Source of the DNA: Auanema rhodensis
Taxonomy: Eukaryota > Animalia > Nematoda
DNA: 64,000 nucleotides
Reading direction: 5' to 3'
Assembly (NCBI GenBank): GCA_964057225.1
Contig: OZ059899.1
Span: 3,162,001-3,226,000 of the forward strand
A model generated the notes under the pieces. The model worked only from the letters and a program-made list of their open reading frames with translations, was not told the DNA's origin and made no database searches. Made by a program: the position numbers and the translations under genes. Of this stretch, positions 60,401 to 64,000 are shown in pieces. Position 1 is the stretch's first letter; every line of letters starts with the position of its first letter.

Positions 60401-60779
60401 AATCAAAGAACGAAAAATAAAAAGAAAATGATTTATTTAAAAAAACAAAAAAAAAATACAAAAAAATTCAAGAGAAAATTCCAAACTGAAAAAAATATAA
60501 AAAAATTCCTTATCACAATAATTTTAGGACAAAAACAACTAAATATTGTTTTAATCAGATTACGGTAGTTGATTATCAACAGTTCACTGTTTACCAACAA
60601 TCTCTAAATGGAGCGCGATTACTATGGATTGTTTTATCAATTGGTCATTTTATTCAAATTATTCATTTTATTTAATTTTTTCATGAATAATTGTTATCTT
60701 AATATTTTATATAAATTATATTATATATTTATCTTCATTTATACTATTCATTTTAGTATCTATAGCCATATTCTTGACA
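60401..60779 (-). repeat. 3' LTR (379 bp)
   Basis: 60401-60741 matches 63660-64000 except at 60429/63688 and 60642/63901. The minus strand begins TGTCAAGAA at 60779 directly after a purine tract and ends TTCTTTGATT at 60401, forming an imperfect terminal inverted repeat. The 60779 boundary is inferred from the PPT plus TG, because the partner LTR is cut by the window edge. Confidence 0.88.
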
Positions 60780-60792
60780 TCCCCGGCCTCTC
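60780..60792 (-). promoter_or_regulatory. Polypurine tract (plus-strand primer site)
   Basis: Minus strand GAGAGGCCGGGGA (11 of 13 purines) immediately 5' of TGTCAAG, the expected position. Confidence 0.8.
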
Positions 60793-60795
60793 AAA

Positions 60796-60812
60796 TTTCT
60801 CGTCCCGAGAAA
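60796..60812 (-). other. Stem-loop just upstream of the PPT
   Basis: TTTCTCG-GGA-CGAGAAA is a perfect 7-bp inverted repeat. It resembles the GGAC-loop hairpins that commonly precede the PPT in Ty3/gypsy elements. Confidence 0.7.
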
Positions 60813-60920
60813 AAATAATTCTTATTACTATTTATTCAATAGTTTAACAGTTTCATTAAAAACAACAATAAAAATAAACATTCACAACATACATGAGAAA
60901 ATTTAAATTTCAACAAGAAA

Positions 60921-63230
60921 TTAGTTATGGTGCTGTTTTTTAAACTGTTGTTGAGGCTTATGGGTTTTGTGCATCTCATTCAGTGCAGTCAGCTTTTCAG
61001 TCCAATTCTCGGACTCCCATTTACCGACAATCTCTCCTTTCTTTATCGTGGTTGGCTGGCATGTCATGTTAGCCACAATCACTGTAGTGGAACTATTGGT
61101 GTCCACTTTACATATTCCCGTGGGTATATCACTCCTATGGGATACCAGTAAGCTATCTTTCTGCTCGTCACATGAGATTTGTAGCGTTCTACTTTTATTC
61201 GCAGGTATATAAACTCTCTGTAAGGCTATGGCCTCTTTTCTATAAAACTTCAAAGATATGCCCAAATCTTTCAGGGCATTCGTACCAATAAGTATAGAAT
61301 CATCTCTACTTTTTCTCACCAAAAAACATACTTGTGCAGTTTTTTTACTTTCTGAGCAATAAACTTCACAGCTTATTGCTCCAACAAAATTCATTCGCGT
61401 ACCCGAGGCATTTGCTATGAACTTATCTCCATTCCAAGGAAGTTGAGTTACACTTCTATTTAAGTCAACCCCTTCATTCATCAAATTAACTAGAGCTTGT
61501 GACGACATCACTGATATTTGCGATCCCGTGTCAATAAGAACTTTTTTATTTCTCATGCTGCAGATTAACATAGGTAGTAAACTCTGCTCACCAATCAATT
61601 TTGCATCATAGCTATTGTTGCATGTTTTGATAGTTTTGTTCCATGCAACAGCTTGCTCATTCATAACAGAACCCATATTGTTCTGTTCTTGTTCAATTCT
61701 TTTAGAATTGTCTGATGGTCGTTTTCTTTCAGCACAATGTGTTGCTATATGACCACTTCTGTTACATATGTAACAAATAACTTCTTTTCTCTGTGGAAAA
61801 TTACGAACCTTTTCAGTTACGTAACTGTCACGATTGGTCATGTGTTGACCACTAGCAGTATTATTCTGCTTCAAAAATCTCAGCCTGGGCAGGTTTACTT
61901 CAGGTATTCTGTCCTTTCTATGCTGATTGTAGTGAATGCGCTTATTTCTTTCACAACGTAAAGCGACCTCTTTCACCTTCTCATACACCTCCCCTTCTTC
62001 ACTAGTCTCTATTGTCTCAAGTACTTGTAATGCACAAGTACATTCTCTGAGTACCTCATACAAAACTTGAGCTCTTGTGAACGATAACTTTGACATAGAC
62101 AATCCGGGGTAAGCCTTCCTAGAAGTTTCTTCTAGTTTCTTACAAAAGCTTATTAGATTGCTATTGTTGTCAAACTTCAAAGATTTAAGAGCAGCTATGG
62201 CATCTAACCTACTTGCTCTCTTAGAATACTCATGTTGCTTATTCAGTTCCTCTATTATTTTGTCGAGCGAACTGTTTCTGATTATTTCAGGCAACTCATC
62301 ATACCTATCTCTCGCCTCTCCTCTTAATTTTTCTACAAACAGCGTTCTGCGGCCGCTTGCCGACAACGTGCTTTTTGGGTATTTCAGGTGAAACCCTTCT
62401 ACAAAATAGTTCCATTTCTCGAACGACCCACTAGAAAAATCTGGAACATCAGGCAGCAATTGCGCTCGCATTATGTCCAAAAACGCTTCATTCTGCGCGC
62501 TGAGTCCATTTAAAGGCAAAGATGACTCACCCTTGGAGTCTAATCCCTCTTTTTTCTGTTCCTGTTGAACATCCGTCAACCATTTCTGAGTTGTTCTTAA
62601 CTCCTTCTGTCGATGCAACTGTAAAATATATTCAATTTCAGAATTTTCCTCTTCTATTTTACCTGCTGCTTTGTCATCAATCATCATATCCGCCATAGCT
62701 AATTGCGCTTGGCTCTCGATAGCTGCTGATCTCTGCAAATTAAAACTATTAAATATTTCATGCTTCAAAGATTTCTTATCACATTTAAAAAAATCGCATA
62801 AATCTTTCATAGTACTATTAATGGCCCTCATCTCGTCCACTATCTCACTTTCATTGAGTTGGAAAATCTCACAAATGAATTTAGTTGTTTCCGCTCGTTT
62901 ATCAGCTAACTTCAGAGTATTACCCAACTCTGAAGGCTTTTTGAGCCCACTCTTGTTCATTACTGTAATAATGGACTGGATAAATCTCCAATTTTGCCCT
63001 TTTCGCAATTCACTAGCTAAATTTTGCTTCATTGAGTTTATCAAATTAGCAACTTTCTGCTCTGCTCTCCTTTTCTCAGCAGAATTTCTGATTTTTTCCG
63101 TAAAATCTTTACGTAAACAATCATTCAACGGCTCAATAGCCGATAATATTTCAGAGATGAATGAATTCAACATTACCTCTTCGAATGCACTCTCGAAGTC
63201 CATATCGAGCAATTCATTCACAAATGACAT
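60921..63230 (-). CDS. gag-pro: Gag-aspartic protease polyprotein, 769 aa from the first ATG (the ORF track extends 4 codons to a TTG at 63242)
   Basis: Uninterrupted ORF. Helical N-terminus; capsid-like region LPDVPDFS..WNYFVEGFHLKYP..LRGEARDRY; CCHC zinc knuckle CYICNRSGHIATHC; retropepsin motifs VLIDTGSQIS and ILIGTNAL; beta-rich post-protease segment ending KKGEIVGKW; TAA stop at 60921-60923. Confidence 0.93.
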   Translation of the reverse strand: MSFVNELLDMDFESAFEEVMLNSFISEILSAIEPLNDCLRKDFTEKIRNSAEKRRAEQKVANLINSMKQNLASELRKGQNWRFIQSIITVMNKSGLKKPSELGNTLKLADKRAETTKFICEIFQLNESEIVDEMRAINSTMKDLCDFFKCDKKSLKHEIFNSFNLQRSAAIESQAQLAMADMMIDDKAAGKIEEENSEIEYILQLHRQKELRTTQKWLTDVQQEQKKEGLDSKGESSLPLNGLSAQNEAFLDIMRAQLLPDVPDFSSGSFEKWNYFVEGFHLKYPKSTLSASGRRTLFVEKLRGEARDRYDELPEIIRNSSLDKIIEELNKQHEYSKRASRLDAIAALKSLKFDNNSNLISFCKKLEETSRKAYPGLSMSKLSFTRAQVLYEVLRECTCALQVLETIETSEEGEVYEKVKEVALRCERNKRIHYNQHRKDRIPEVNLPRLRFLKQNNTASGQHMTNRDSYVTEKVRNFPQRKEVICYICNRSGHIATHCAERKRPSDNSKRIEQEQNNMGSVMNEQAVAWNKTIKTCNNSYDAKLIGEQSLLPMLICSMRNKKVLIDTGSQISVMSSQALVNLMNEGVDLNRSVTQLPWNGDKFIANASGTRMNFVGAISCEVYCSESKKTAQVCFLVRKSRDDSILIGTNALKDLGISLKFYRKEAIALQRVYIPANKSRTLQISCDEQKDSLLVSHRSDIPTGICKVDTNSSTTVIVANMTCQPTTIKKGEIVGKWESENWTEKLTALNEMHKTHKPQQQFKKQHHN
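61521..61532 (-). other. Aspartic protease active-site motif DTGS
   Basis: GAC ACG GGA TCG on the minus strand within VLIDTGSQISVM; downstream flap-like ANASG and ILIG motifs are present. Confidence 0.93.
61734..61775 (-). other. CCHC zinc knuckle (nucleocapsid)
   Basis: C-X2-C-X4-H-X4-C: CYICNRSGHIATHC. Confidence 0.95.
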
Positions 63231-63644
63231 TTCACCTATCAATGAAAAAAATTACTAGAAGTTTCCTCTACTAATTTATTGCTATTTGAAAGAATCAAAC
63301 AAGCACTTATATCAAGAAAATGGAATTTACTTGATATTAGTTACTACTACCCAAGTTCTGAATGTAGTTCACAGCGGAAGAAATCAGAAAAAGTGTTTAA
63401 AAGAAAACACTTCAACCAAAAACAACCGTACAACAATAAACCAAGAGACACTGTTGTTACCAACACTGTCAAATGATAATTGTTCTGTAAACTTCACTTT
63501 TATTCGGCAAATACCAAACAAAATTGAATGAATACAAACAGAACCCTATTCAGGTAGCAGTGACTTTTTCACCAAACTCTATTCGAGCTTTCAAACAGGG
63601 TTATATGAGCAATTAGCTCAACCCAAACAATAAAATAGTGAAGA
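63231..63644 (-). other. 5' untranslated leader of the retroelement (about 414 nt)
   Basis: Lies between the PBS and the first ATG, with no long minus-strand ORF in the track. Contains small hairpins such as ATATCAAG/CTTGATAT (63309-63316/63330-63337). Confidence 0.7.
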
Positions 63645-63659
63645 CCGGTTCGGCCCCCA
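63645..63659 (-). promoter_or_regulatory. Primer-binding site, tRNA-Pro type
   Basis: Minus strand TGGGGGCCGAACCGG directly abuts the LTR end. It is complementary to a tRNA 3' end ...CCGGTTCGGCCC-CCA, which matches Caenorhabditis tRNA-Pro as I recall it (compare the MLV Pro PBS TGGGGGCTCGTCCGG). Confidence 0.88.
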
Positions 63660-64000
63660 AATCAAAGAACGAAAAATAAAAAGAAAAAGATTTATTTAAA
63701 AAAACAAAAAAAAAATACAAAAAAATTCAAGAGAAAATTCCAAACTGAAAAAAATATAAAAAAATTCCTTATCACAATAATTTTAGGACAAAAACAACTA
63801 AATATTGTTTTAATCAGATTACGGTAGTTGATTATCAACAGTTCACTGTTTACCAACAATCTCTAAATGGAGCGCGATTACTATGGATTGTTTTATCAAT
63901 GGGTCATTTTATTCAAATTATTCATTTTATTTAATTTTTTCATGAATAATTGTTATCTTAATATTTTATATAAATTATATTATATATTTATCTTCATTTA
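63660..64000 (-). repeat. 5' LTR, truncated by the window edge (predicted to end near 64038)
   Basis: 339 of 341 bases identical to 60401-60741; followed on the minus strand by the PBS. Confidence 0.93.

Larger units (their letters stand above)
60401..64000 (-). mobile_element. Non-autonomous Ty3/gypsy (Metaviridae, Cer-like) LTR retrotransposon encoding Gag-protease only; predicted full extent 60401-~64038
   Basis: Two direct repeats 3259 bp apart. On the minus strand the order is LTR, primer-binding site, gag-pro ORF, polypurine tract, LTR. No room for and no motifs of RT, RNase H or integrase. Confidence 0.93.

Noticed and set aside
60430-60745. TATA boxes and AATAAA poly(A) signals in the LTR (e.g. 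minus-strand AATAAA at 60432-60437)
   Set aside because: Several candidates occur in extremely AT-rich sequence, so the functional ones cannot be picked without transcript data.
60368-60847. Two short plus-strand ORFs (66 aa and 79 aa)
   Set aside because: Low-complexity K-rich and F/I/L/Y-rich translations of AT-skewed LTR sequence, antisense to the element.
60921-63230. Domesticated host gag gene (Arc/PEG10-like)
   Set aside because: Near-identical flanking LTRs, PBS and PPT indicate a recent mobile insertion, not an old domesticated gene.
63231-63256. Possible splice or trans-splice acceptor (T7-CATTGATAG) 5 nt upstream of the ATG
   Set aside because: Poor match to the nematode TTTTCAG consensus; unsupported without RNA data.
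62671-63258. 195-aa plus-strand ORF, plus other short ORFs opposite gag-pro and in the leader
   Set aside because: Antisense shadow frames of the real ORF, several with non-ATG starts and no recognisable motifs; not credible as env or accessory genes without expression data.
60401-64000. BEL/Pao or Ty1/copia assignment, or a simple 3,259-bp tandem duplication
   Set aside because: A single CCHC knuckle (BEL/Pao typically has three Cys-His motifs), a retropepsin-type protease and a Pro PBS fit Ty3/gypsy; the PBS and PPT positions identify the repeats as LTRs.

Overview
Eukaryotic, AT-rich window, probably nematode (inferred from the primer-binding site and Gag motifs). Bases 1-60400 are one uninterrupted head-to-tail satellite array: 172 near-identical 351-bp monomers plus 27 bp of a 173rd. 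It has nested higher-order duplications, two variant domains and many short inverted repeats per monomer. At 60400/60401 the array breaks mid-monomer and abuts a young minus-strand Ty3/gypsy-type LTR retroelement of about 3.64 kb. The element has a 379-bp 3' LTR (60401-60779), a polypurine tract with an upstream hairpin, one intact Gag-protease ORF (CCHC knuckle, DTGS protease), a tRNA-Pro-type primer-binding site, and a 5' LTR from 63660 that runs off the window (2 mismatches in 341 bp versus the 3' LTR). There is no reverse transcriptase, RNase H, integrase or env. The most interesting object is this compact Gag-protease-only non-autonomous retrotransposon with all cis signals intact, sitting in or at the edge of a satellite array.
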